Shown here piece by piece: positions 37,151 through 52,760 of a stretch of DNA of 64,000 bases. Within the stretch, counting starts at the first letter, position 1, and each line of letters begins with the position of its first letter. Below the pieces are notes generated by a model, which saw nothing but the letters and a program-made list of their open reading frames with translations, did no database searches and was not told where the DNA came from. Made by a program: the position numbers and the translations under genes. This DNA is from Neocallimastix sp. 'constans' (taxonomy: Eukaryota), in NCBI GenBank assembly GCA_050613775.1, contig JBODTK010000145.1:62001-126000 (forward strand), given 5' to 3'.

Positions 37151-40100
37151 TTATTTATTATTTAATTATTTAATTATCTATAATAATAAAAAAAAGACAA
37201 TTAGTTGATTTCTATATATAGTTTAATCTATTTTTATGAAACTTTAATCCACATGTATGTACATTAAAATATGTAAATGTACATAATTGCATAATAGTTA
37301 ATTGTACATTAATTTTTTGTAATTAAATAATAGCGAATGAACATTACATTAATTTTATTTTTAATTTCATTTAAATTTTAATTTCATTTATTTTTAAATT
37401 TTTAAATTTTAAATTTTTAATTTTTATTAATTTTAATTTTTAAATTTTAAATATTATTAATTTTAAATTTCTAAATTTTTAAATTTTATTAATTTTAAAA
37501 ATTTTTATTTCATTTAAAAAAGAATTAAAAAAAAAAAAAGTTTTTATTCATTTTTTTTATATATTTTTAGATTTATTAAACTCCTTAAAATTTTATTCAT
37601 TTCGATAGTCGATAGAAAATAAAATATAATATAGAAATTTTTTTATTCTATATCTACTTTATTCTATATCTGCTCTATATTCTTTATTCTATTTCCACTT
37701 TATTTTATATCTACTTTATTCTATATCTTTTATACCTCTATATACCTTTCCATTCTCTATATATCTGTTTTTAGTTTTTATTCTATATCAATTTATTTTA
37801 TATACCTATGTGATCTATATATTAACATGACAATGAAATAAAATTTATAATTCTAATGGATATGGATATAAAATCGAATTCTAATGGACAAACTTTAATT
37901 CTGACAGTTTTAATGTGTATCAATTGTATACGTAATGCAATTATAATGCATTAGCAATGTATAATGAATGCAATGCAATGTACATGTTTATATTAAAGTT
38001 TAAATATAAAAATAATAAAAAAAATTGAAATATTGAAATAAAGAATAAAAATTAAAGTTTAATTAATAATTGCTTAATATGGAATAAAAATAGGAATATA
38101 TGAAAATTATGAAAATAGGAATAATATAAAAATATAAGCTATAAATAAAACATAAATCCAAAAATGAATATTAAGCATATTATAATATATAATAAAATCT
38201 ATTTAGAAAAGCAAAATGACAACTGTTAAGATTAATATTAGAATAATGAATGATAAATTTAACAATTAACTATTAGCTATTAGATCTATAATTATAAAAT
38301 TTATAAAGATATACAATATACAATATATATCCAATATTAAAAGATAAAAATAAAGAAAAGACATAAGATAAATATTATTAATTATTAAAAGATAAATTAA
38401 AGTTTAAAAAAATTAAAATAAAATAAAATAAAAAAAATTCTAAATTTATAAACTATAAATTAATAATAATTGATAATAATAAATTTTAATTAATAATATA
38501 ATAATATAATAAAAGTTTATAATAAATATTAAATATTAAATAGTAATATTAAATATTAAAATAATTAATAATAATAGTAATAATAATAATAATAAATAAT
38601 TCTTAACTATAAATTAATAATTATAATAATTATACTAGTTTAAAGTAATATTTTAACTTTGCCTACACAATAAAGTTTAAATTTTATTTATTTACTTATT
38701 TATTATTTATTTATTGTTAATTTATTTATTTATTATTTATTTATTTATTTATTTAAAATAATTATAAATGAATGAATCAATAAGAAATAAAAGCATTTAC
38801 ATTTACATTTACATTAAAAAAAAAAAGACTTTTTTTTTTTTTAATTTTAAAAGTTTCAAATTAAAAATTTTAAAATTTATTAAATTGAAATTAATTAAAT
38901 ATAAACAAAATGTCTTTTTTAAAGTTTAAAATGGCTGTTTATAATTTATTTAATATTTATTAAATAAATTAAAGACAACCCAAGTTTAAGGATTATGACT
39001 CTATACCATAGTATCAAATATTTCAAATTCTTTTTTTTTATTTAATATTTATAGATATAATAATAATAAATAAACATAGAAAATACATATAATTATATTA
39101 ATATTCAAATATGCGATATAGAGAAATAAATATAATAAAATAGAAATAAATATATTTTAAATAATTTATTACCCTTGTTAATTAAATTACTTCTATATTT
39201 GATATATCAATATTAAATAAAAAAATAAATCATACTACTAAAGATATCAATATCAAGTAGATAAATAAATAAATATCAAATAAATAAATAAATATCAAGT
39301 AGATAAATAAATATCAAATAAATAAATATCAAATAAATAAATATCAAATAAATAAACAGATTAGATAGGTAGATAGACAGATAAAATAGTAAGGAATAAA
39401 AATTAAAATTAAGATGAGTTAAGCATTTCGGGAATAGAGCGATTAAATAAATAGGTAAAAAAAAGAAAGAAAAAAATAAGGGGAAAGCTGAGATCAATCT
39501 TTTTGGATTAAACCATTTTGGAATAAATAATTATAAAAATAAAAATGATATAAAAAATTTAATTTAAAAAAATATAAAAATTTAAGGAAATATAAAAATA
39601 AATATAAAATATTAAAAGTTTTAAAAATAAATTATAAATATTAAAAGATATATATATAAATTAAAGGATATTTATAAATATTAAAAGATATTTAAAAATA
39701 TTAAACGTTATTTAAAACTATTAAAAGATATATATAAATAATTAAAGATTTAAAAATAAATTATAAATATTAAAAGATTTTTAAAAATAAATTGTAAAAT
39801 ATTAAAATAATTTAAAAATAAAAATAAAATAATAAATTATATAAATTATATAAAATTATATAAAAAAAAAAAAAGATATTAATATAAAAAATAAAAAAAT
39901 TTTTTTTTTTCCTGTGATGTGACAAGTTAATTAAATTTAACATTTGGTAGTATTAATAAGTATCCTTTATTTTAATGCTATTAATATGAAAGATAATAGA
40001 AGAAGAGATATCCAATCCCAATATAACATTATTAATATATTTTTAATTTACTTTCATTTATTTGCTATTTGCTTTGACCGTAACTTTTAAACTTTTTATT

Positions 40101-42871
40101 TCTCTTTTTTTATTTTTATTTTTACTTTTATATATTTATTCTTATTTTTCTGTTTTTCTATAAGTTTTTTTTTTTATTACTAATAGACCACATCAAACAA
40201 GTAAAAATATTGGATACTTAAAATAAACCCTATGAATTCATTGTATTCTTTTATTATTCATAATATTAAAAAACTTTACTCAAAGATATATATATATATT
40301 CTTTGAAAAAAAAGGTCAACAAAAAAAATAAAAAAATAATAATAAATAAATAATAATTAACTAATTAATAAAATAATAATTAATAAAATAATAATAATTA
40401 ATAATAATTAATAATTAACTAAATAATAAAATAATAATAAATAATATTAAATAATAATTAACTAAATAATAAATAATAATAAAAGATAATTAAACTAATA
40501 ATACTAAATAAATTAAAAATAAAATATTATTAGAATTAAATACTAATATAATAAAATAAATAATAAAATAAATAATAGAGTAAATAATAGAATATGTAAT
40601 AAAATAAATAATAATAATTAAATAATAATAATTGAATAATACTAATTAATAATGAATAATAATTAAAATTAAATAAAAATATAATTAATATTATTTATAA
40701 TTAATTAATAGTTTGAATTTTTTATTAATGAATGAAAGAATTGTTTTTTTTTTCTTTTTTTTTTTTAATATTTATTATCATATAAAATTATTAATACTTT
40801 TCTATACTTTTCTATATTTTTCTATATTTTTCTATATTTTATATGCTATTTTCCATATTTTCTTCTATCTATCTATCTATCTTTCTTTCTTTTTTTCTTC
40901 CTTTATTCTCTCTCTACTTTTACCTTAACAACCCTTTTTCTATTTTTCTTAGTTTTTTCTTAGTTTTTTTTTTTTTTTTTTTTTTTTTTCATTTGTTACT
41001 TTGTATGTTCCATGTTTCATTATTAACTATTTATTGATTCATTTAACTATTTAGTCGTTCATTATTAATTATTGATTAGTTAATCCTTGTCTAAGAATAT
41101 TTTCTTTTTAATTCTAACCCATTTCTTTTTTATTTTGACTTTTTTATATATATATATTAAATTAAATTTGAATATATTAAATTATACACTTTATTTATTA
41201 ATATTAAAAAGAAAAAACTGTAAATTTCAATATAGTTATTACCATATAATATAATATATTAAGTAATATATTATTTTAATATATTTACTTATATAACCAT
41301 ATATTCCTTAATATTTTAATATATTTACTTATATATTATATAATATAATACAATACTTTATATATCACGTTCAACAATTTTTTTATATTATTTTAATATA
41401 AAATTTCTAATATATTTCTTATAATATATTGTATTAATATACTTATTTATATATCATAATATAATTCTTAGTATTATATATTAATAAAACATTGATAGTA
41501 ACTATATATTCTTTTTATTTTAATAAGTAATTTAATACTAATATATTATATTAGTATTAATTTAAAATTCATTCTATATATTACTTTATAAAGTAATATG
41601 ACTTATAATATAAATAATATTTAATTAAACTAATTATGTATATAATATAATTTATTAAAATATATTGTTAATATATTTAATTTTATATTGAAAGTTAAAT
41701 TTAATACCGATTAATAGAAATAAAAAAAATTTTTTGTTTATTTTTTTTATTTTAATTTAAATAGTTTATAATTATTTCTATTCTAATATATTGAATTTAA
41801 TATATTGAATTATATTTTATAATATATGTTATATATATATATATTAATATATTGAATTATAAATTCTTTGAAAGTTTTTTTTATTTAATTTTTTTAATTA
41901 CGATGTATTTAAGATTTATTTGTTTTAATCCACTAAAATTTTAATTATATTGTAATATATAATTCCATATATTAAAATTAAATTAGAATTATTGAAATTT
42001 AAAATTCTTCCGAAACTCTTTTTTTTTTATCTTTATCACATATATTAGAATATATTAGAATATATTTCCTTATTTTCTTATAAATAAATTTATCTATTTT
42101 CGTATATATCATAAAAAAATTAAATTTTTTATTTCATATTTTATAATATATAAATTATATTATGAAATAAAATAAAATTTATTTTTAGTTAAAAAGTTTA
42201 AAATAATATTAATAATAATTATATATATTAAAATTTTTAATTTATAAAAAAAAATTTATAAATAGTACAAATAAATAAATTGTTATCATATATTAATAAT
42301 ATATTCTATTGATATAAAAATAGTAATTTTATAATTGATCTTTAATTTTTATTATTTTATTATTTATGTGTGAATATAAAAGAACAAAAATTTTCGCTTC
42401 GTTTTCCTTTTTTTTTTTTTTTTTTACTTCACAATTATTAAATATTAGAAACTAAAATATTAAAAAAAGTAAATTTAGACATAAAGACGATTGAAGTAGT
42501 CAAACTTCGCAGAAATATATAATAAATATTATATATTCAATAATTTATAAATAATTAAAAACGAACGAAATAAATATATTTTATCAACAGAAAGTTTAAT
42601 TAAACTTTACCAATTATAAATATATATAATAACCTGCATATATTATTTATTTAAAAGAAATATTATTTATTATTTTTTATTTATTTTTTTTTATATACTT
42701 TTCGAAAAGCAATTTTATATAAATATACTAAAAATTTAATAAAATACCATTTCATTTGTATAGTTCCAATATTATTATTTATTTACTTTATAATACTTAT
42801 AAATACTTCAAATTCATTCTATATATAAATTTATATCAATCTATTAAATTTTTTTTTGAAAACAAAGAAAA

Positions 42872-43147
42872 ATGCAAACTTTTCCACACCCAATTTTAAG
42901 AAGAAGATCATCTATTGAATCATATGTTTCTGATAGCTCTGATTCCTCTTCAGTATCTTCATCTGTTTCAAGCTTATCTGAAAAGAGGGTCAGCTTCTGT
43001 GAAACAAAAGATACCTATACTATGATGTCTGATGAAGAATATGACAGAAAGGCTGTCCCTCTTTCAAGATTATACTATAAGGATTATTGTGAATTACGTA
43101 TGATGCGTATGCAAATGAATCCAGAAGCATACATTTTTGAATGTTAA
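42872..43147 (+). CDS. Small putative protein phosphatase 1 (PP1) regulatory protein, Phactr/Bni4/neurabin-like docking module, 91 aa
   Basis: GC-richer isolated ORF with A-rich start context. It has PILRR (SILK-like), a Ser-rich tract, KRVSF (RVxF), then TYTMMSDEEYDRK and a predicted C-terminal helix. Confidence 0.75.
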   Translation: MQTFPHPILRRRSSIESYVSDSSDSSSVSSSVSSLSEKRVSFCETKDTYTMMSDEEYDRKAVPLSRLYYKDYCELRMMRMQMNPEAYIFEC

Positions 43148-44438
43148 GAAAAAGCAACAAATCTATTAATAAAATCGAAACAAATAAATAAAGTAATGGT
43201 TTAATTATAAACTCTATTATTTTCAACAAAAAGAAAAACACAATATACATGAAGGTTTAAGAAAATAACAATAAAAAAAAGAATTAAACCATTATTATAA
43301 ATAAAAAATAAAAAAAATTTTAAATATTATGAAAAGTTTTATTTAATAAATGCTATAATTGGAGAAAATTGTAGTATTTAATCCATTATATAGATAAAAA
43401 TAAAAATGATAAAGATTTTTTAATTCTTTTTATATTACCCTATTTATTTCAAATTTATATAATAAACTCTATTTAAGAAACTATTCAAAAGAGAAGAGAA
43501 AGACCTTTATTATAAACATTAATACAGTTTTTTAAACTTTTTTTTTTTGAAAAAAGTCAATAATGACTATTGACTTGAGTGAAGAAAAGAAAGTTTAAAA
43601 ATGTTATATAGATAATCAATATTTAAATATATACCATTAATCAATTGTAATATAAATATTATAAAAAAAAAGGAAGAAATGATTGGAAAATTGTATTTTA
43701 TCAATGGTTGGATAATATTGGGCGCCTTTTTTTTTATAATATAACTTTGAAAACTTATATCCTATTCATATCTTAACTAATTTAATTTAATATTTAAATG
43801 ATATAAAAACATTTAAAATGTAACTTTTTTTTTTTTATGAATATAACTTTTTTAGTTAATACCTTTTTTTTTTTTTCTTAATGTAGAAAGAATAATTTAA
43901 GAAATAAAATTTATTATATTAAAACATATATGTTTTGATTTAAAAATATATATGTTTAGAAATATCAAAAAAAAAAAAAATTTAAACTATTTTTATTTAT
44001 AAATTCTTTATATTAAAGCATATATATGAATATATTTTGATTTAAAAATATATATTTTTAAAAAGATAGAAAAAAAATAATAAATGTATATAAAGGATTA
44101 AAGAAAAAGGTATATAAAAAAAATAAAAGTTTTTTTTTAAAAAAAAAAAAAAGAAACAATAAAAGTAAAAATTGTTATGAACTTTAAATAAAAAAAAATT
44201 AAAAATATATAAAAAATAGTACTTTTTTTTTTTTCTATTTTGTTTTATATCGTTTTATTGTTTAATTTAATTTTATTGTATTTTATTAGTTTAGGTATAA
44301 TTATTTAATTATTATCTGGTAAAGTTTGAGAAGATTAAAATTAAAAAGATGATCGATCTTAAATTGTATCTTTAGTTTAATTTATTGCTTATTTCTTATT
44401 TTATTTTTTTTTTTTTTATTTACATTCCATTGTATTTT

Positions 44439-44501
<63 letters not shown>

Positions 44502-44959
44502 TTTTGTTTTTTACCCATTTTTTATTTAAAAACTTTTAAATGTAAATAAAATGTCATGCCAACCAAATCAATCACCATTATAATAATTATATATATATAA
44601 TTATATATATAATTATATTTATCAATTGATATCACTAAAAAATAAAAATATAAATAAAAAAAAAGTATCCACTTTTTTTTCTTTTTTTTTTTTTTTTAAT
44701 TATAAATATTATAATTTATTATTTATATTTATTAATTTATAATTAATCATTTATTGATTTATATTTATTAATTTATTATTTATATATTATTTATATGCAT
44801 GTCTTTGCATACATTTAAAAATAAAAAAAAAAAAAATTTTTTTTATGTTTATATTTATTTTATTTTTTTTTTTTTCAATTGATTTATATTTATATTAGTT
44901 TATATTGATTTCATTGATGTATAATTTAATTTCATTTATTAACATTATTATTCTATTCT

Positions 44960-44992
<33 letters not shown>

Positions 44993-45204
44993 GGATAATT
45001 CCATTTATTATATTTCATTTTGGAACATGTTATAAATAAATAAATTAATTAATTAATTCTAAGATCTCATATTTTTATTTGTGTATTTTTTTTTTTTTTT
45101 CAATTTATTTTATTTTATAGTTAAATGATTTATTAAATTTGCACTATTTGATTGGTTAAATTTCATAGAAATTGAGTTGATATTTGTTTTGAAATATCTA
45201 AACA

Positions 45205-45790
45205 AATAAATAATAAATAATAAATAATAAATAAAAAAATAATACATAATAACTAATGAGTAATAAATAATAACTAATGAGTAATAAATAATAATTAACA
45301 AATAATAAATAATAAATAATAAATAATAATAATAAATAATAAATAATAAACAATAACTAAATAATAACTAAATAATAACTAAATAATAAATAATAAATAA
45401 TAAATAATAAATAATAAACAATAACAAATAATAACTAAATAATAACTAAATAATAACTAAATAATAAATAATAAATAATAAATAATAGATAATAAATAAT
45501 AAATAATAAATAATAAATAATTGAATAATTGTATAATAAATAATAAATAATTGAATAATTGAATAATAAATAATAAAATAATAAATAATAAATAATTGAA
45601 TAATAAATAATAAATAGTAAATAATAAATAATAAATAATAAATAATAAATAATTAATAATAAATAATTAATAATAAATAATATAATAATATAATAATAAA
45701 TAATAAATAATAAATAATAAATAATAAATAATAAATAATAAATAATAAATAATAAATAATAATAATAATAATAATAATAATGAATAATAA
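45205..45790. repeat. (AATAAAT)n heptamer satellite
   Basis: Read directly, with AATAACT and AATTGAAT variants. Confidence 0.9.
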
Positions 45791-46584
45791 ATAAATAGTA
45801 ACTAATTGATTAGTAAATATAATTAAACAATAATTGGTTAACAGTAATTCAATATTTATAATATTTTTTTCCGTTTATATTTATATTTAGTTTAATTAAA
45901 AATAATTGTCTTTATTTTTTTTTAATTTGGAAAAACGGAAAAATAAGATAGTTTTATTTTCTTTTTTCCTTTTTTGAATAAAAAATCTATTTTTATTTAT
46001 ATTCATTCAATTTATTTATTTAATTTATTTAATTTATATATTCAATTTATTTATTTATTTAAAATATATAATATTGATTTTATTATATTTTATTATAATT
46101 ATTTCTTTATCTATATAAAATAAAAGATTCATTAAAATTAAAACAGAAATTGAAGTTGATATAAATATAAATATATAAATATAAATATATAAATATATAA
46201 ATATTTAATATTAAATATTAAATATTAAATATTAAATATTAAATATAAATTATAAAATATAAAAAATAATTATAAATATTAAATATAATTTTTAATTTGA
46301 TCTACTCATTGACTCTTTTCACTAATTATTAACACATTTCATAATCCATTCAATAATAAATAGAAATCAAATTTGCCAAATTTTCACATCACATTTCTTC
46401 AACTTTTGTCTGAATAGAAACATGGTTGAAAGTATAAAAAAATCAAAGTTTTCATGCTTTTTTATAGTAGTGTAGTATTAATAGGATTAAGAAATTAGTG
46501 ATAATAATAAATCATTTATTGATTCTATCTATTATATCAATTAAAATAAGGTATATCTAGAATGAATTTTATTTATTTACATTC

Positions 46585-47960
46585 ATATTTATTTATTATT
46601 TATTATTTATTATTTATTATTTATTTATTTAATTATTTAATTATTTATTATTATTTATTTATTATTATTTATTTATTATTTATTATTATTTAATTATTTA
46701 ATTAATTATTTAATTATTTATTATTTATTATTTACTACTCAATGTTTACTTTTTTATTATTTAATATTTCCATACTTTCTATTCAATATTTACTTTTTTA
46801 TTACTTAATATATATTTATTTTTTTTTTATTTAATATTTACTTATTCAGTATTTAATATTTACTTTTTTATTATTTAATATTAATTTATTAATTTTTTTT
46901 TATTTAATGTTAACTTTATTATGGATTTAATATTTACTTTTTTATTATTATTTATTATTTATTATTTATTATTTATTATTTATTATTTATTACTTATTTA
47001 TTTATTATTCAATTATTTATTATTTATTATTTATTATTTATTATTTATTTTTAATTATTCAATTATTTATTATTTATTATTTATTATTTATTATTTATTA
47101 TTTATTATTTATTATTTATTATTTATTATTTATTATTTATTATTACATTATTTATTATTCAATTATTTATTATTTATTATTTATTATTTATTATTTATTT
47201 TTAATTATTAATTATTAATTATTAATTATTTATTATTTATTATTTATTATTTAATATTTATTATTAATTATTATTTATTATTTATTATTTATTATTTAAT
47301 ATTTATTATTTATTATTTATTATTTATTATTTATTATTTATTATTTATTATTTATTATTTATTATTTATTATTTATTATTTATTATTTATTATTTATTAT
47401 TCAATTATTTATTATTTATTATTTATTTTTAATTATTAATTATTAATTATTAATTATTTATTATTTATTATTTATTATTTAATATTTATTATTAATTATT
47501 ATTTATTATTTATTATTTATTATTTAATATTTATTATTTATTATTTATTATTTATTATTTATTATTTATTATTTATTATTTATTATTACATTATTTATTA
47601 TTTATTATTTATTTTTAATTATTAATTATTAATTATTAATTATTTATTATTTATTATTTATTATTTAATATTTATTATTTATTATTTATTATTTATTATT
47701 TATTATTTATTATTTATTATTTATTATTTATTATTTATTATTTATTATTTATTATTTATTATTTATTATTTATTATTTATTATTTATTATTTATTATTTA
47801 TTATTTATTATTTATTATTTATTATTTATTATTTATTATTTATTATTTATTATTTATTATTTATTATTTATTATTTATTATTTATTATTTATTATTTACT
47901 AATAAATACACTTTTTATTATTATTCATTTATTATTTATTATTTATTTATTATTTAATTT
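46585..47960. repeat. (ATTTATT)n heptamer satellite, opposite orientation to its neighbours
   Basis: Read directly; near-perfect from ~47680 to 47895. Confidence 0.9.
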
Positions 47961-48689
47961 ATTAATAATGATTTTAAGGCTTTTAAAATTTATATAATAT
48001 TAATAATAATAATAATAATAATAATATAAATTAATAATTGACCTTTCCTATTTTTAATATCAAAATATATCTATTAATTACAAATATAAGAGACATACTT
48101 GTATATATATACTTAATATTTAAGAAAGTATTTTTTTTACTTAAAATATACCATATTTATTTTGTTTTAGTTGCTATTATATATAATCATATATTTAGAT
48201 AATAATTTTATCATCATCATGTTTATTATTAATGGCAATAACATTAATAAATGATGTATATAACTAAATATTAACAAGTATAACTAATAGATAATAGTTT
48301 TATAATGAATAATTAAATAACTGAATAATTGAATAATAAATAATTGTATAATAAAATAATAGTAATTTTTATTATAAATACTTTTATTTTTTTTTTTAGA
48401 GTATTTATGGCCATTGATAATTAATATTTTATTATCATTTTTAACAAATTTTTAAATTTTTTTTATTTGGTTTATAAATATTTTTTTTTGGTTTATCTTA
48501 AAGTATTCTTAATTTTTTTCATAAATATAAAAACTTGTTAATAATATATTTTTGATTGATTTAATTTATTCTATCTTATGGGTATTATAAGGAAAAAATA
48601 AAAAATGAAATAATTGAATAATAAATAATCACTAACAATAGATATTACTTATATAACGATGATATTAAAATATCAATAATTTATTAGAA

Positions 48690-49830
48690 ATAATAAATAA
48701 TAATTAAATAATTGAATAATAAATAATAAATAATAAATAATAAATAATTGAATAATAAATAATAAATAATAAATAATAAATAATTGAATAATAAATAAAG
48801 TAATAAATAATTAGTAATAAATTATAAGTAATAAATAATAAGTAATAAGTAATAAATAATAATAAATAAATAATAAATAATAAATAAATAATAAATAATA
48901 AATAATAAATAATAAATAATTAATAATTAATAATAAATAATAAATAATTGAATAATAAATAATAAATAATAAATAATAAATAGTATATAATAAATAATAA
49001 ATAATAAATAATAAATAATAAATAATTGAATAATAAATAATAAATAATTGAATAATAAGTAATAAATAATTGAATAATAAATAATTAAATAATAAATAAT
49101 AAATAATAAATAATTGAATAATAAATAATAAATAATAAATAATTGAATAATAAATAATAAATAATAAATAATAAATAGTATATAATAAATAATAAATAAT
49201 AAATAATAAATAATAAATAATTGAATAATAAATAATAAATAATAAATAATAAATAATTGAATAATAAATAATAAATAATTGAATAATAAATAATTAAATA
49301 ATAAATAATAAATAATAAATAATAGTAAATAATATATAATAAATAATAAATAATAAATAATAAATAATTGAATAATAAATAATAATAAATAATAAATAAT
49401 AAATAAATGAATAATAAATAAATAATAAATAATAAATAATTGAATAATAAATAATAAATAATAAATAATAAATAGTATATAATAAATAGTAAATAATAAA
49501 TAATAAATAATAAATAATAAATAATAAATAATAAATAATAAATAATTGAATAATAAATAATAAATAATAAATAATAAATAGTATATAATAAATAGTAAAT
49601 AATAAATAATAAATAATTGAATAATAAATAATAATAAATAATAAATAATAAATAAATAATAAATAATAAATAATTGAATAAGTAATAAAATATTAAATAA
49701 TTAAATAATAAATAATTAATAATAAATAATTGAATAATAAATAATTAAATAATAAATAATAAATAATAAATAATAAATAATAAATAATAAATAATAAATA
49801 ATAAATAATAAATAATAAATAATGAAATAA
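48690..49830. repeat. (AATAAAT)n heptamer satellite with AATTGAAT / TAGTATAT variants
   Basis: Read directly. Confidence 0.9.
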
Positions 49831-50294
49831 TTATTATTTATATATTTATTTATTATAAATTTAATAATATTTATGGATGTTATTCATTTATAGATAATTA
49901 ATAATAAAAATAACTATTAATAATAATCAACAAATAATAAATTATTTAATAATAAATAAATAGAATAGTTTAGCAATAATAATATCTATCCATACTTCTA
50001 ATTCAATAATAATTTATAATTATGATATGTTCATTAACCATAGATTGAAAATAAAATCATTTGTAAAAATTTTATATTTTTTTACACATGATTTATTTTT
50101 TTTTATGGGTGGATCAATAAATTTATTTAAATATATAAATATTCATTCATTTATTTTTTATTTGCTTATCTATATATGTAATTAATGTATTATTTATATA
50201 TTCTATATACTATATACTTATATTTATAATATGTAATTTTTTTTAAATACTATTTACTATTTTTCTTTTTGTTAATAAGAATAAAAAAAAGGTA

Positions 50295-50482
50295 AAATTT
50301 CCAGCTCCTCTGGGATGGTAAGGAGGTGACCTATAGTGGGCTCTGCTCTCCCTTGAGAGTCGTGTAGATTGATTCTATACTGGAGTTTCTTTGCTTATGG
50401 GGAGGGGTTGCGAGCATCGACGCCGTACCAGTATGGCAATTTAAACATACATCCATATTATATGAGGGAGACATAAGTCTTC
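50295..50482 (+). ncRNA. Candidate structured RNA (unassigned) or GC-rich element remnant
   Basis: Roughly 45-50% GC island in a >85% AT background (estimated by eye). It has several adjacent hairpins whose non-Watson-Crick pairs are G-U on the + strand. No family motif was recognised. Confidence 0.35.
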
Positions 50483-51342
50483 AATATTTAAAAAAAAAAA
50501 AAATGAATATAAAGAAAGAAAAAAAAAAAGAAAGAAAGAAAAGAGAAAAAAAAAAATTTTTTAACATATAAATATATTTAAAGATTTTTTTATTCTTTCT
50601 TTTTTCTTTCTTTCTTTATGTATAATTATATAATTATTGAAATTATTTATTTTAATTTATAAATGTTTTTTTTTTTTTTTTTTTTTTTTTTGGACCTAAG
50701 AAATTTTTAATTTTATATAATTTTATTATACAGAATATTTTTTTATTCATTTTATTCATTTAAAAAATAATTATATTATTAATTTCAATATTAATTATAA
50801 TATTTTAAAAATTTTATTATTACAGAATATTTTTTTATTTTTATTTTTATTTTTTTATAGTAATTAAGATTATTCATTATTTGATTTTTAATAAAACACA
50901 AATATAAAAATTAATCTCATGTGTAATACTTATTTTTTTTATAATTTATAAAATATACTTATTTAAATAATTTTCAGTCTATAGTGAAGAATTATGAAGA
51001 ATTATTAATGGTTTACTTTTAGATATCTAAATGTGTACATAGTTAAAAATAATTAAACTATCTACAAGTTTTTCATTATTATTATTATTATTATCATAAA
51101 CTATATGATAGAAAATTTTGATAGTAATTAATGGTAATAAAATATATAAATTTTAATACTATCATTTTTCTTTCACCCTTTCTATTACTAACTGTAAAAA
51201 AAAAAAAAAAAAAAAAAATCACCAAGGGTCTGCACTATAGATAAGTCCTGAATGTACGTCCGATACTCTTATCGATTTTATCTCTGAAAATGTTAAGGCC
51301 AACGGCAAAAACTGTTTTTTTTTTTTTTTGTTAATAATAATA

Positions 51343-51380
<38 letters not shown>

Positions 51381-51683
51381 AATATATTATCATTTTTACT
51401 TGGATTAGGTTATGCATGAAAAAAAAAAAAAAAATTGGTGTCCCCTCCTCAACGTCAAATGCTAACTAGATCTTGTTCCATTACATTATCCTATCCAATT
51501 TATAAAATGAAGAGAAAAAGTGTTTTATATATATATATATATATTTATTTAAGTGGTTTCAAATCAGTTTTAAAAACCAAAAAAAAAAAAAAAGAAAGAA
51601 AAGAAAAAAAAAAAAATACTACATTTCTATTTTATTATGATAACAAAAGATAATAATAATGTTATCATTTGTATTTAAAGGTG

Positions 51684-51717
<34 letters not shown>

Positions 51718-52729
51718 TGCGCCGTTAGTCAAAGTCCTATTCTCATTCCTTTTTTTTTTTTTATTTTTATTTTTGTTTTGTTTTGTTGCTCATTACTGCA
51801 GTAGTAATGAATTAATGAATTATGTTATTGTCAGCTTTTCCCCTCCCCTCCTTTCTTGTCCTCACTGAAGATTTCATGGTTTTAACCAAATAAATAAATA
51901 AATAAATAAATAAATAAAAAAAAAAAAAAAAAAATCTAGGAAAGTCGTTTGATACTATCTATCTTCAATGGAAAAAAAATAATAATAATAAATAAATAAA
52001 TAATTCCAATGTTGTTGTTGTTGTCCCTAATGTCGTGGAAGAAAAAAAAAAAAAAAAAAAAACTTCCTTTGAAGCTGTCAGTACTATTTTTTACTACTAA
52101 TTGTACTTTACACTGTTAAATAAAAAAAAAATAAAAATAAAAATATTAAAGTAAAGAATATTTTATTTTTTTTTTTTTTTTGTTAAATCTTGTAAAAGGT
52201 TATATTAATATTAATTGATATTCAATTGAAAGTACTTATTGTACTCTCTTTCTTGAGATTTTCATAATTTTTCTTATTGTAGGTTATCCATTTGTCTATG
52301 ATGTTAAATTAAATTAAATATCTTTATCTATCAATGGATAAATTTCATTGATAGATAGAGATAATGTCATAAAAAAAATTAAAAATAAAAATAAAAATAA
52401 AAATAAAAAAAATTTTTTTTTTATTAAATATATATTCCTGTTATGCCTGAATATTTTTGAACTGAAGAGTCTCATACTCTTTATAAGAAAAAAAAATAAA
52501 AAAATAAAAAAAATAAAAAAATAAAAAAATAAAAAAATAAAAAAATAAAAAAAATAAAAAAATAAAAAAATAAAAAAATATAAAAATAAAAAAATATAAA
52601 AATATAAAAAAAAGAAAAAAAATTTAATGTTAATAAAGTGTAATTAGCTTAATATTACAAACATAAAAAATCAAAGTTATTTTGGAAACATATTTATTAT
52701 TAATGAGGATAAAGTCATTCAATTCCAAA

Positions 52730-52760
<31 letters not shown>

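Noticed and set aside
39478..39525. TPP riboswitch-like GGGG...GCTGAGA
   Set aside because: The downstream conserved core (CCTGAT...TAATxCxxGCG) is absent and no thiamine gene is adjacent.
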